The translations under genes and the position numbers were made by a program. The notes beneath the pieces are model-generated. The model saw only the letters and a list, made by a program, of their open reading frames with translations, was not told the DNA's origin and ran no database searches. A DNA stretch of 64,000 bases, taken from positions 21,836 to 85,835 of the forward strand of contig JAPLYZ010000006.1 of assembly GCA_026395295.1 (NCBI GenBank), read 5' to 3'. Below are positions 47,857-58,006 of this stretch, one piece after another (positions within the stretch are counted from its first letter, which is position 1; each line of letters begins with the position of its first letter). Source of the stretch: Candidatus Staskawiczbacteria bacterium. GTDB lineage: Bacteria > Patescibacteriota > Minisyncoccia > Minisyncoccales > Staskawiczbacteraceae.

Positions 47857-49090
47857 TTAGTGTAAAAGGGTTCGCTTCTGTAATTTTTATTTTTAAAAGT
47901 TTTCCCAAAAGATTTTTAGAAGACGCCACTTTTACTGTTTTGTATTGCTCATTTTTGCCAAAATAATTGTCGCCTCTATTTTCGTTAAACAAAACAACAG
48001 TCTCTGTCCCCACCAGTTTCTTATTTTTTTCTAGCGCTGTCTTCTTTAGCATTTCCGTAAGAACTTTTTCTCTTCTCTTTTTTTCCACAACGGAAACGCT
48101 ATCTTTCAATTTTGCCGCGGCAGTGCCCACCCTTCTGGAATATTTGTTGATATAAGCCATATCGTATTTTATGTCCTTAAAGAGTTTTACCGTATTTTCA
48201 AATTGTTTTTTTGTCTCTCCGGGAAATCCTACAATTACGTCAGTTGAGATGGCAATATCCGGTATTTTCTCTCTCAACTTTTTAATTTTATTCTTATAAT
48301 CTTCAACGGTATAGTGTCTGTTCATTGCTTTTAAAACCTTGTTATCGCCCGATTGTACTGCCAAATTCAAATAAGGAGTAACTTTCTTACAATCTGCCAT
48401 GGCATCTATAATTCTTTCATCAAAATCTTTCGGATGAGATGAGGTAAAGCGTATCCAAAAATTTCCTGGGATGTTATTTATTATTTTTAAAAGTTTAGGA
48501 AAATCAGTATTCTTGTCTTTGTAACTGTTAACATTTTGCCCAAGCAACCATATTTCTTTGTAGCCAGTTTTAATCAGATGTTTTATTTCTTTAATTATCT
48601 CTACGGCAGGCCGGGAGACTTCTCTTTCCCTGACGTAAGGCACAACGCAATAGGCGCAAAAGTTATTGCATCCGGTCATTATGGGCACATTAGCAGAGAA
48701 TTTAGAAGAATATTTTGGCGTAATATCTAAATAGCTATCTTTATCAAAAGTTTTCCTTTGCCCGATGATTTTCGGCAGGTTTTTTATTTCTTTTATATCT
48801 AAAACGCAATCAAACCCGTCAGAGAATATTTTTTTATCTTTTTTTAAAACGCATCCTGTTAGAATAGTTTTTAATCCAGGGTTTGTCGCCTTAATTTTTT
48901 CAAACTTTTGCGCGAGCCCATGCACGCGATCAACGGCCGACTGTCTTACCGAGCACATTACAACCGCTATTAAATCAGCCTCGCTTATATTCAGCGTTTT
49001 TTTATATTTTAGGTTCTCTAAAACAGCGGAAACCCTTTCCGCATCGCTAATATTCATTTGGCATCCAAATACAATAATGTGATATTTCAT
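47843..49090 (-). CDS. miaB: tRNA methylthiotransferase MiaB
   Basis: FGCQMN, CSVR, CNNFCAYCVVP, IVGFPGET; ATG at 49090. Confidence 0.9.
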   Translation of the reverse strand: MKYHIIVFGCQMNISDAERVSAVLENLKYKKTLNISEADLIAVVMCSVRQSAVDRVHGLAQKFEKIKATNPGLKTILTGCVLKKDKKIFSDGFDCVLDIKEIKNLPKIIGQRKTFDKDSYLDITPKYSSKFSANVPIMTGCNNFCAYCVVPYVREREVSRPAVEIIKEIKHLIKTGYKEIWLLGQNVNSYKDKNTDFPKLLKIINNIPGNFWIRFTSSHPKDFDERIIDAMADCKKVTPYLNLAVQSGDNKVLKAMNRHYTVEDYKNKIKKLREKIPDIAISTDVIVGFPGETKKQFENTVKLFKDIKYDMAYINKYSRRVGTAAAKLKDSVSVVEKKRREKVLTEMLKKTALEKNKKLVGTETVVLFNENRGDNYFGKNEQYKTVKVASSKNLLGKLLKIKITEANPFTLNGKL

Positions 49091-49094
49091 CGCG

Positions 49095-50717
49095 CTAGCG
49101 GATTTCTTCTTTCTTGTCCTTAATAAAATATCGCCATTTTTCCAAAAATTCCACAAAAGCGGAAAAAGGCATGTCTATTAGGGCATTAAACAGCGCGGCA
49201 AGAGCATTATATCTTTTCCATTTGTTGGAAATCCACCTGCCAAGACCTTGCCCTGGCAAGAAGAACACATCGGACAAGAAACTTATAAAACCTTCTTTTT
49301 CTTCTTCCATTGTCAACTCTTGAGCCCTTTTGGAAACAGCGGTCCCGGCAAATAGAATTAAGGCAATGAATATCATATCTATAAGAATCGAGCTAATGGG
49401 GAAGTTGAAGTAGTGCAGGATATAATATATCACTCCAAAAGTTACAAAAGCCGATAAAACATAAATAAGAGACAAGAAAACTTTCATAACCACTCCTTTT
49501 TTTCTGCTCATCTTTATTTCGTATGTGTCGATACCTTCTTTTCTGTAAGCTATTTTCATTGTTTCCATTGTCACAAGATTCAGATTCTTTTTAGATGGGC
49601 GTCTGGCGGTTGCCACGAGCAAAAACATAAGAAGGGTCGGTATTAAAACGTCCATTGCCAGCAACAGTATATTTATTTTGCTGCCAAGGGCTTTTTCAAT
49701 CAACACTTCCAAAAGCACCAAAGATAAAACTTTAGTTACGAAAATTGAGAGAGTGGAATAAACAGCGGCTCGGGAAATTCTGGATTTCAAGGTGGACAGT
49801 CTTTTCGAATAAGCGTCTTTGATAAGACTTTCTAAGGCAGATGGGTCTGATATTTTCTTTTCGGCTTCGGCCGTATTGTTTGCGGATAAAATATCTCCCA
49901 TTAACAGATATGGGGTGTCATATTTTTCGCATATGTAATAAAATTTATTCGCCATAGGATTTGTAAGATCTTTCTCTATGCCGTTCCAAACCCTGAATAC
50001 GCCTTCGGACATTTTTAGCAACAACTGTTGATCGGCTCTTTGCCAATTTGGATATTTGTATTTTATCAGGTTATAGCTGATTATAGGGTTGTCCAGTTTG
50101 AAAAGAGCTTGGCATACGGCAATGTAAATTTGGAGATCAACATCTTCTTTATTCAAAAGTCCTGCCTGGAAAATTTTATCAGAAACTTTAATTTTTTCTT
50201 TCATCAGACCAAACATATAATCAATCAAAGCCATTTCTTTTATGGCAGGCGCCAGCGCTTCCTCTATTTCGCAAGCCGAAACTTCTATCAACCAGTTATA
50301 AAAATTAAGTCCGGTTTCTCTCGCCTTACTTTCAGGGTTATTTTTTAATATAAAAATGTACTTGTCTATTATTTTTTGTACTTCGCCAATTTTTGTTTCC
50401 GCAATTTTGTCGTTAGGGAAGTGTCCTCCTCTTATCAGCTCTAGAACCAAGGACTCGGCAACATTTTCAGTTACTGTAAAATTGTTCAGTTCCAAGTTGA
50501 AAAATCTTCTTTTCAATTTCCTGATAATGGCCGCTCGCCTCATCAAGTGTTCTTCTTTCCAGTCAACAATGGTTCTTATTTTTTCATAAAAACCGGCAAC
50601 CTTTTTGGCGACCTCATCAACGTGTATAGTTTCAACTCCTTGTTTCGGCAGACTTAGTTGCCGGTCAAGTTTGTACTGGAAAACTAATTTTTTCGTTGCT
50701 TCAGATAATTCCTGCAT
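49095..50717 (-). CDS. Conserved hypothetical membrane protein
   Basis: Long ORF with C-terminal TM helices; probable ATG at 50717. Confidence 0.7.
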   Translation of the reverse strand: MQELSEATKKLVFQYKLDRQLSLPKQGVETIHVDEVAKKVAGFYEKIRTIVDWKEEHLMRRAAIIRKLKRRFFNLELNNFTVTENVAESLVLELIRGGHFPNDKIAETKIGEVQKIIDKYIFILKNNPESKARETGLNFYNWLIEVSACEIEEALAPAIKEMALIDYMFGLMKEKIKVSDKIFQAGLLNKEDVDLQIYIAVCQALFKLDNPIISYNLIKYKYPNWQRADQQLLLKMSEGVFRVWNGIEKDLTNPMANKFYYICEKYDTPYLLMGDILSANNTAEAEKKISDPSALESLIKDAYSKRLSTLKSRISRAAVYSTLSIFVTKVLSLVLLEVLIEKALGSKINILLLAMDVLIPTLLMFLLVATARRPSKKNLNLVTMETMKIAYRKEGIDTYEIKMSRKKGVVMKVFLSLIYVLSAFVTFGVIYYILHYFNFPISSILIDMIFIALILFAGTAVSKRAQELTMEEEKEGFISFLSDVFFLPGQGLGRWISNKWKRYNALAALFNALIDMPFSAFVEFLEKWRYFIKDKKEEIR

Positions 50718-50721
50718 ATAT

Positions 50722-52467
50722 TTATTGCTTTTTAATAATTTCTTCCTTAATTTTATCAATAAATGCGTCCAATGTCATCTGCCCCATGTCGCCTTTTCCG
50801 CGAGCTCTGACGGCTACGGCATTGGCAGAAATTTCTTTGTCTCCCAAAATTAAAAGATAGGGGATCTTTTGCATTTCCGCGGCCCTAATTTTTTTACCTA
50901 AAGTCTCATTTTCGTTTTTTATCTCTGCGCGGATATTCTTTTCTTTCAGCTCTTTCGCAATTTTTATTGCATATTCGCTGTGTTTTTCGGAAATTGGTAT
51001 CACGGCAACTTGAACCGGCGAGAGCCACAACGGAAAAGCCCCGGCATAATGCTCTATTAAGAATCCGATAAGCCTTTCGTGAGTGGAAAGAGGAGCCCGA
51101 TGTATGCATATAGGTGTTTTTTCCTTGCCGTCGGAATCTGTATATTTTAGGCCAAATCTTTCGGGCACAGCAAAATCAACCTGGTTAGTCGCTAAAGTAA
51201 ATTCGCGTCCAATGGCAGACCAAACTTCAACATCAATTTTTGGTCCATAAAACGCAGCTTCATTCTTAACCTCCACAAAAGGAATTTTTTCTTTTAGCAG
51301 CGTGGCACGCACCATGTCTTCGGTTTTTTTCCACAATTTTTCGTTGTTAATATATTTCTTTCCAAGCCCCTCTTTGCTGTGCGTGGAAAATCGCATCACA
51401 TATTTTTGTATGCCGAAGATTTTGAAATACTCTAAGTAAAGTTTTATAACCTCCAAAAATTCATTTGTGAATTGGTCCTCGGTGCAGTAAATATGAGCGT
51501 CGTTCATTTCCATAGACCGCACGCGCATCAAACCAAAAAGTTCGCCGGATTTTTCATAGCGGTAGCAAGTTCCGTATTCAGCTAAACGCAGAGGTAAATC
51601 GCGATAACTTCTTGGTTCTGCCGCAAAAATTTGGTGATGATGCGGGCAGTTCATTGCTTTCAAATAGTATTTTGTTTTTTTCCCATCCTCCTCTAAGATC
51701 ATCGGAGGGAACATTGTGTCGGCGTAATAAGGGAGATGTCCGGAAGTTTTATACATTATTTCTTTGGCAATGTGAGGAGTTTTAACTCTTAGGTATCCGG
51801 CTTTTGTTTCCATATCTTTTCCAAGTTTTTCTATCTCCTCAATTATTGCTGCTCCATTTGGAAGCCACAAAGGAAGTCCGGGCCCCACAAAATCTGAAAA
51901 GGTAAAAATTTTTAAGTCTTTGCCAAGCTTTCTGTGGTCGCGTTTTTCCGCTTCTTCCAGCATTTTCAAATGTTCTTGCAATTCTTTTTCGGTTTCAAAA
52001 GCCAGCCCATAAATTCTTGTGAGCATTTTATTTTTTTCGTTTCCTTTCCAGTAGGCGCCGGCAACCTTTGTAAGCTTAAAACTGTTTAGAGTTATCTCTT
52101 TTGTAGATTTTATATGAGGCCCTTTGCACAGATCAACAAACTCTCCGCTGGTGTATGTGGAAACAGTGTCTCCGGGCAATTCTTTTATCAGTTCTAATTT
52201 ATACGGCTGAACTGCAAACAGTTTTTTTGCTGTTCTTTTATTTATGTTTTTCTTTTCAAACTTGATTTTCTGAGAAATCAGCTCTTTCATTTTTTTTTCA
52301 ATCTCGGCCAAATCTTTTTCTTCTAAGGGTCTTTGCAGTTGAAAATCGTAATAGAATCCGTTTTCAATTGCAGGCCCAATTCCTAATTTCGCTTTAGGAA
52401 AAAGTTCCAAAACAGCCGAAGCCATAATGTGAGAGAGCGAATGCCGTATTTTTTCAATATTTTCCAT
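50722..52467 (-). CDS. thrS: Threonyl-tRNA synthetase
   Basis: RHSLSH, DLCKGPH, RDHRKLG, MNCPHH, HYAGAFPLWL. Confidence 0.95.
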   Translation of the reverse strand: MENIEKIRHSLSHIMASAVLELFPKAKLGIGPAIENGFYYDFQLQRPLEEKDLAEIEKKMKELISQKIKFEKKNINKRTAKKLFAVQPYKLELIKELPGDTVSTYTSGEFVDLCKGPHIKSTKEITLNSFKLTKVAGAYWKGNEKNKMLTRIYGLAFETEKELQEHLKMLEEAEKRDHRKLGKDLKIFTFSDFVGPGLPLWLPNGAAIIEEIEKLGKDMETKAGYLRVKTPHIAKEIMYKTSGHLPYYADTMFPPMILEEDGKKTKYYLKAMNCPHHHQIFAAEPRSYRDLPLRLAEYGTCYRYEKSGELFGLMRVRSMEMNDAHIYCTEDQFTNEFLEVIKLYLEYFKIFGIQKYVMRFSTHSKEGLGKKYINNEKLWKKTEDMVRATLLKEKIPFVEVKNEAAFYGPKIDVEVWSAIGREFTLATNQVDFAVPERFGLKYTDSDGKEKTPICIHRAPLSTHERLIGFLIEHYAGAFPLWLSPVQVAVIPISEKHSEYAIKIAKELKEKNIRAEIKNENETLGKKIRAAEMQKIPYLLILGDKEISANAVAVRARGKGDMGQMTLDAFIDKIKEEIIKKQ

Positions 52468-52530
52468 TGTTTTTTAGTTAAATTTTATGTGTTCAATAAT
52501 CTTACCACCTTTCTTTCCATCTATAAAGTA

Positions 52531-52578
52531 TTGACAAGCTATTATTTATATGCTATTATTAATACAGCACATTTAACG
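52531..52578 (+). promoter_or_regulatory. Sigma70 promoter plus boxA-like motif (unit G)
   Basis: TTGACA-17-TATTAT; GCACATTTAACG at 52567. Confidence 0.6.
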
Positions 52579-52634
52579 GGTTGGCTCTTGAAAGGAAGCC
52601 TTGGTGTCCCGAATAATACACCGCCCCAGTTCCC

Positions 52635-52925
52635 ATGAAATGTACACTGGTAATTAAAGCACCGCCTGGCATTCAGGGCGACATGCGTCTATACGAAGTA
52701 GAATTACCCTCTATCCCTCCGTTCGGCACGACTTTGTCGTTTATAACGCCAAAGTGTTCAAAGAACGGCAGGGTTTTCCACGTCAACGTTACGGGATGTG
52801 AAATAACCCTAGACTCTGAGACTCGGACAACAAACCTTGTCCTCGTCTTTGCCGAAGAGGATAAAGGACGTCCCGCGACTCTTGAAGATTGGGAGGAATT
52901 TGAGGAAACTTCGGTTGATGCATAG
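52635..52925 (+). CDS. Hypothetical protein
   Basis: GC-richer ORF; terminator GGCAATC-gcaa-GATTGCC plus T7 at about 52951-52978. Confidence 0.55.
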   Translation: MKCTLVIKAPPGIQGDMRLYEVELPSIPPFGTTLSFITPKCSKNGRVFHVNVTGCEITLDSETRTTNLVLVFAEEDKGRPATLEDWEEFEETSVDA

Positions 52926-53120
52926 GGACAGAGCAGACCAACTGCTTTCAGGGCAATCGCAAGATTGCCTCTTTTTTTGCTTTAAATTGAGAATTAAGCA
53001 TGCCCCATTTGTCTTAGCGCAAGGTAGTAGATATGTTTTTTCACGTGGCGTGAAAAAACATACTATGGTATAATGACATATTGGAAATGGGAATGGAAAT
53101 ATATTATTATATTAAAAAAT

Positions 53121-53660
53121 ATGAAAAAGATTTTAGATGAAATATTATGGAACATATATTATCAGACAGAGCAGGCTCGTGTTGGTGGCCGAAATGATGG
53201 CAGGTTTTTTATTTTGAACAGTGTGTTGAAAGATATCCATAATTTTAGTTCAAAACAATCAAACGCCGCAGTCTCTGACTTAAAAAAAGAAAAACTAATT
53301 GAGAAGAAAAATTACGAAGGCTCTGTTTTAATTTCTTTGACCGAAAGGGGAGTGTTGCGAGCGATTAATTTCAGATTTAGGAGGCTTGGCAACAAAAAAG
53401 AAAAATGGGACGGAAAGTGGCGTATGGTTTTCTTCAATATTCCAGAAAATCACAGAAAGGGGAGAGATGCATTAAGGTATCGGTTGAAAATGGCAGGGTT
53501 TCATAAACTGCAAGAAAGTATATTTATATATCCATATGAATGCGAAAAAGAAGTAAGAGATTTTATTAAGTTATTTAAATTGGAAAAATACGTCCGGTTT
53601 GGTTTATTGGATTTTATTGATGATGGTCAGCGTATTGCGGAATTCTTTAAATTAAAGTAA
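53121..53660 (+). CDS. PaaX-like protein (wHTH + Cas2-like domain) 1
   Basis: LISLTERG wing; WDGKWRMVFFNIPE...RDALRYRLKMAGFHKLQESIF; alternative start 53073. Confidence 0.85.
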   Translation: MKKILDEILWNIYYQTEQARVGGRNDGRFFILNSVLKDIHNFSSKQSNAAVSDLKKEKLIEKKNYEGSVLISLTERGVLRAINFRFRRLGNKKEKWDGKWRMVFFNIPENHRKGRDALRYRLKMAGFHKLQESIFIYPYECEKEVRDFIKLFKLEKYVRFGLLDFIDDGQRIAEFFKLK

Positions 53661-53714
53661 GTTTTTTCACGCCACGTGAAAAAGTAGTGTAATATGAAGC
53701 CGTTTCTGAAAGTG

Positions 53715-53762
53715 TTGACAAGGCCATTTGTGCATGCTATCATAAATTTAGTTTTTTAACAA
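53715..53762 (+). promoter_or_regulatory. Sigma70 promoter plus boxA-like motif (unit H)
   Basis: TTGACA-17-TATCAT; GTTTTTTAACAA at 53751. Confidence 0.6.
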
Positions 53763-53827
53763 TAAGTCGTTCTCGCCGGCTAACCCGCTCAACAGAGCAT
53801 GCGAGAGTTTGCAGAAGGAGGTAAAGT

Positions 53828-54079
53828 ATGAAAAGAGCATTTGTTTGGTTGGGCGCAATAATAATTTGCGTCATGTTCGCGTGCAGTGATTGGGGACACA
53901 GTTTTCTTTTTCCCAGCAGATTCAACGCAAAACCACAGGTTCCTTCTCTATTGCCGACGAACAGTTCTGCAACTTGGGTCCCGCCGTTTCGTGTGGCGGC
54001 GCCAAATACAAACCTCGGAGTCCGAGTGCTTAGTCGGCAGTGGATACCGAATGGTGCGGTCGCGTCGCCACGCAGGTAG
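53828..54079 (+). CDS. Small secreted/lipoprotein-like hypothetical protein
   Basis: AGGAGG RBS; MKRAFVWLGAIIICVMFAC. Confidence 0.5.
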   Translation: MKRAFVWLGAIIICVMFACSDWGHSFLFPSRFNAKPQVPSLLPTNSSATWVPPFRVAAPNTNLGVRVLSRQWIPNGAVASPRR

Positions 54080-54278
54080 CAGATGCATTAGGAGCTCGAG
54101 TATGTCGGCAGATGTCCAACAATTTTTGGTATAAGGGTAGGTCTAACGCAATGCGTCACCTGCCTCTTTTTTTGTTTGGACACCTCAATTCCACCATTCG
54201 AGGTATTTTACGCTTTGTGTTAGTTGGTATGTTTTTTCACGCCACGTGAAAAAATATACTTTGAACCGCAGATTTAGT

Positions 54279-57200
54279 TTAGGCTTCTTTGGGAATGAGA
54301 ATCTCTTGAACGTCGTCGGCGACAATTTTAATTTCTCCGTTGCGGTCGTCAACTCTGCCTGCAACAAAAATAATTTTATTTTCCTGTAAGGCAACCGGGT
54401 TTCTTTCCAAAAGATTGGGGAAAATCACAACCTCGGTTTTCCCGGTTAAATCTTCGAGTTTCATAAACAGCATTGGCTGGCCCTTTTTTGTGATAATTTT
54501 TTTGACAGAAGAAACCAATCCGCCCAGGATGACTTTTTTATTTACAAAACCGGCATCAATTTTCGAAATAGCGGTTGTCCTTGTTTCAAAAAGTTTTTTA
54601 AAACCATTCAATGGATGCGAGCTTACATAAAGTCCTAAAAGTTCTTTTTCCCAGCCAAGTTTTTCAAAATTGCTTGCAGGGGTTGCTGATTCAAGCTTTA
54701 TATCGTGATTTATTTTTACACTGCTGTTGGCAAAAAGCCCCATTTGGTTTGTGTTTTGTTTTTTGTTATTTTCGCGGGCAATTTCCAGCATTTTTTCCAG
54801 GTTTTGCAAAAGCTGGTTTCTCTCGGCAAATTGGTCAAAAGCGCCGGCTTTGATTAACGCCTCCATTGATTTTTTATTCAAATCTTTTGACTTTACTCTG
54901 TGTATAAAATCTCCGATTGATTGAAATTGCCCGCCAGATTTTCTTTCCTCAACGACCGCGTCAATTATATTCACTCCAACATTTTTTACCGCCAGCAATC
55001 CAAACCTTATTTGGTTTTTTTCTGAAACCACGGTGAAGTTTTTCAAACTTTCGTTGATGTTTGGCGGTAAGACCTCAACTTCCATTTTTTTGCACTCGTC
55101 AATTAAAAATGAAATTCTTTCCACGTCGGCTCTTTCAGAAGTCAAAACAGACGCCATAAATTCAACAGGGTAGTGAGCCTTTAGGTAAGCTGTCTGGTAG
55201 GCGATTGTGGCGTAAGCTGCTGAGTGCGATTTGTTGAAACCGTAAGAAGCAAAAGGCAAAACCCACTGCCACAATTCCTCGGCAATTTTTTTTGAAACGC
55301 CGTTTTTCATGGCTCCCTGCACAAATTTTGTTTCTTGCGCGTCCAAAAGTTCTTTTATTTTTTTACCAACCGCTTTTCTTAAAACATCTGCCTCGCCCAA
55401 GGTGAATCCGCAAATTTCCTGGGCAATTTTCATCAGTTGTTCCTGATAAATGCAGATGCCCTGAGTTCCCCTTAAAATTGGTTCAAGCTTTGGATGCAGG
55501 TATTCGATCTTCTGCTTGTTGTGCTTTCTTTCAATGTAATCAGGAATAAATTGCATAGGACCCGGGCGATATAAAGCGACCATGGCAGTAATGTCTTCAA
55601 ATGTTGTAGGGTGAAGTTCTTTCAAATATCTTTTCATTCCATCAGATTCCAACTGGAACACAGAAGTAGTTAAAGCGTCCTGCAAGAGTTTATAGGTTTT
55701 CGCGTCGTCGTATGGAATTTTATCTAAATCAATTTTCAAATTATCGTGCAAAACATAAATGCGAGCCAAAGTGTCTTCAATTATGGTCAGGTTTTTCAAA
55801 CCTAAAAAGTCCATTTTCAAGAGCCCCAAGTCTTCAATGCCGTGCATTTCGTACTGGGTAATAATTCCTTCGTCGCCCTCTTTGGGCGGTCTTTGCAATG
55901 GAACAGTATTGGTTAAAGGTTCAGCCGAAATCACAACCCCGCAAGCATGAGTGGAAGCGTGTCGCGCAACTCCTTCCAACTTTTTTCCAAGGTCAATTAA
56001 GCGCTTGCACATTGGGTCTGTTTCGTATTTATCTTTAAATTCGTCAACTTTTTCCAAGGTTTCTGCCAAATCCATGCCCATGGGAATCATTTTCGCCAGT
56101 TGGTCGCAATAGGAATAGGTGTACTGCAAAGCCCTGCCAACATCGCGCACAACAGCCCTGGCGGCCATTGTTCCAAAGGTTATAATTTGCGCCACATGGT
56201 CAGAGCCATATTTTTGAGCTACATATTTTATAACTTCATCCCGCCTTCTGTCGGCAAAATCTAAGTCAATATCGGGCATGGAAATTCTCTCGGGGTTTAA
56301 AAATCTTTCAAAAAGCAGGTCGTGCTTCAACGGGTCAACGTTTGTGATGTTGGTTAAATAAGCAACCAAAGATCCGCCTGCCGAGCCTCTGCCAGGGCCC
56401 ACGATAATTCTGTTTTGCTTTGACCAATTCACAAAATCTTGGACAATCAAAAAGTACCCGGCAAAACCGGTTTTTTCGATTACCGAAAGCTCATAGTTCA
56501 TCCTGTCATTTATTTTTTTCAGAAGCTCGGCATCTGTAATTTCGCCAAATCTTGTTTTTAATCCTTGCTGGCAAAGTTCCTCTAAAAATTTTTCTGCTGT
56601 TTTTCCTTCCGGTAACGGGAATGTCGGAAGCTTTGTTTTTCCCAGTTCAATTTTTAAGTTGCAGGCATCAGCTATTTTTTGTGTGTTTTCAATGGCCTCG
56701 GGAACATCTTTAAAATGTTCGGCCATTTCTTCTGGAGAAAACATAGAAAAATTATCTTCGGTCATGGTTAGCCGTTCTGTGTCGTTGGCGTCGGCCCCCG
56801 TGTTTATCAACATTAAAACATCTTGTGCCTCGGAGTCCTCTTTTTTTAAATAATGAATATCATTCGTCGCCACCAAAGGAATGCCGGTTTTTTTTGAGAG
56901 CTCAATTAATCTTTTGTTGGCGGTTTCTTGTTCGGGTATGTGTTCGTGATGTTGCAACTCTAAATAAAAATTTCCTTTACCGAAAAACTTTTCATATTTT
57001 TTGGCTGTTTCTTCTGCTTCGTCTAATTTATTTGCCAAAAGCAATCTTGGGATTTTTCCTTGCACGCAGGCTGAAAGCCCAATCAAGCCCTCGGCATATT
57101 TTTCCAGAACCTCTTCATCAATTCTCGGCTTATAATAAAAGCCCTCCAGGTGGGCGATTGTCACAAGTTTCACTAGATTTTTATAACCTTGTTCGTTTCT

Positions 57201-57476
57201 TGCTAAAAGGATTAAGTGGTTACGTTTTGAGTCAATGTTTGGTCTTTTATCGGAAAGTTTTTCAAAAGCAGTATAAATTTCGCATCCGATTATTGGTTTT
57301 ATTCCTTTGGACTTTGCTTTTTTATAAAATTCAATGGCGCCGTACATAACTCCGTGGTCAGTTATGGCAACAGAATTCATTCCCAGTTCTTTGACGTAAT
57401 CTAAAAGCTCGTCAATTTTTGGCAAACCGTCAAGCAAAGAATAGTGGCTGTGAACGTGTAAATGTGTGAATTTCAT
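54279..57476 (-). CDS. dnaE: DNA polymerase III alpha subunit
   Basis: HLHVHSHYSLLDG, GRGSAGGS, PDIDLDF, YGFNKSHS. Confidence 0.95.
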   Translation of the reverse strand: MKFTHLHVHSHYSLLDGLPKIDELLDYVKELGMNSVAITDHGVMYGAIEFYKKAKSKGIKPIIGCEIYTAFEKLSDKRPNIDSKRNHLILLARNEQGYKNLVKLVTIAHLEGFYYKPRIDEEVLEKYAEGLIGLSACVQGKIPRLLLANKLDEAEETAKKYEKFFGKGNFYLELQHHEHIPEQETANKRLIELSKKTGIPLVATNDIHYLKKEDSEAQDVLMLINTGADANDTERLTMTEDNFSMFSPEEMAEHFKDVPEAIENTQKIADACNLKIELGKTKLPTFPLPEGKTAEKFLEELCQQGLKTRFGEITDAELLKKINDRMNYELSVIEKTGFAGYFLIVQDFVNWSKQNRIIVGPGRGSAGGSLVAYLTNITNVDPLKHDLLFERFLNPERISMPDIDLDFADRRRDEVIKYVAQKYGSDHVAQIITFGTMAARAVVRDVGRALQYTYSYCDQLAKMIPMGMDLAETLEKVDEFKDKYETDPMCKRLIDLGKKLEGVARHASTHACGVVISAEPLTNTVPLQRPPKEGDEGIITQYEMHGIEDLGLLKMDFLGLKNLTIIEDTLARIYVLHDNLKIDLDKIPYDDAKTYKLLQDALTTSVFQLESDGMKRYLKELHPTTFEDITAMVALYRPGPMQFIPDYIERKHNKQKIEYLHPKLEPILRGTQGICIYQEQLMKIAQEICGFTLGEADVLRKAVGKKIKELLDAQETKFVQGAMKNGVSKKIAEELWQWVLPFASYGFNKSHSAAYATIAYQTAYLKAHYPVEFMASVLTSERADVERISFLIDECKKMEVEVLPPNINESLKNFTVVSEKNQIRFGLLAVKNVGVNIIDAVVEERKSGGQFQSIGDFIHRVKSKDLNKKSMEALIKAGAFDQFAERNQLLQNLEKMLEIARENNKKQNTNQMGLFANSSVKINHDIKLESATPASNFEKLGWEKELLGLYVSSHPLNGFKKLFETRTTAISKIDAGFVNKKVILGGLVSSVKKIITKKGQPMLFMKLEDLTGKTEVVIFPNLLERNPVALQENKIIFVAGRVDDRNGEIKIVADDVQEILIPKEA

Positions 57477-57525
57477 TGTTGTTTATTCTGTTTATTTTAC
57501 TTTTTATGCTCCTCGCGGTCAACCA

Positions 57526-57574
57526 TTGACAAGCATATCAAAGTATGCAATACTCAATGTAAGCTCATTAACAA
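57526..57574 (+). promoter_or_regulatory. Sigma70 promoter plus boxA-like motif (unit I)
   Basis: TTGACA-17-AATACT (extended TG); GCTCATTAACAA at 57563. Confidence 0.6.
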
Positions 57575-57583
57575 TTTGCTGAT

Positions 57584-57790
57584 ATGAAAAAAATAAAGTT
57601 GCTGACATGTGTTGGGTTGGTCTGTTTCTCTGTATTGTTGGTGTTAAGCTTTCTTTCAGACACTGACATTGTCCATGTTGTGAAATATATAATGGGTGGC
57701 ACAACAGTTATTTGTCTCGGCGTTGCCGACTTTCTCGTGACTCGGCAGAAATGTAGAGACATCAACAACAGCCGTCTTTACAAGCCCTAA
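57584..57790 (+). CDS. Small two-TM hypothetical protein
   Basis: Two hydrophobic segments. Confidence 0.5.
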   Translation: MKKIKLLTCVGLVCFSVLLVLSFLSDTDIVHVVKYIMGGTTVICLGVADFLVTRQKCRDINNSRLYKP

Positions 57791-57802
57791 GAAAGGAGCA
57801 TT

Positions 57803-58006
57803 ATGTTTTTCAAAAAATGGTTTAGACAAAGAAAGCTGGCGAAGTTGGAAAAAGACTTGGTCAGAGCAAGGTCATTGCTTGCATCATACAAAGGTATTAG
57901 TTCTTCTGCCGCAGATTCTTTCTTAACATGGCAGGCGTGGGCGCCGGAGGGTTTCTACTCAAGGGAAGTTAGTAGGCTGGAACAGGAAATCCAGTCGTTG
58001 AGATAA
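57803..58006 (+). CDS. Small hypothetical protein
   Basis: AAGGAG RBS; coiled-coil-like; long hairpin terminator at about 58028-58091. Confidence 0.55.
   Translation: MFFKKWFRQRKLAKLEKDLVRARSLLASYKGISSSAADSFLTWQAWAPEGFYSREVSRLEQEIQSLR

Larger units (their letters stand above)
53032..54258. repeat. Three copies of the interrupted palindrome TTTTTCACG-(CCA/TGG)-CGTGAAAAA
   Basis: 53032-53062 (14-bp arms, inverted orientation), 53661-53683, 54227-54258. Confidence 0.9.

Noticed and set aside
54040..54249. Second ORF in unit H
   Set aside because: Runs through the terminator and palindrome and has no RBS; possibly a frameshifted tail but unsupported
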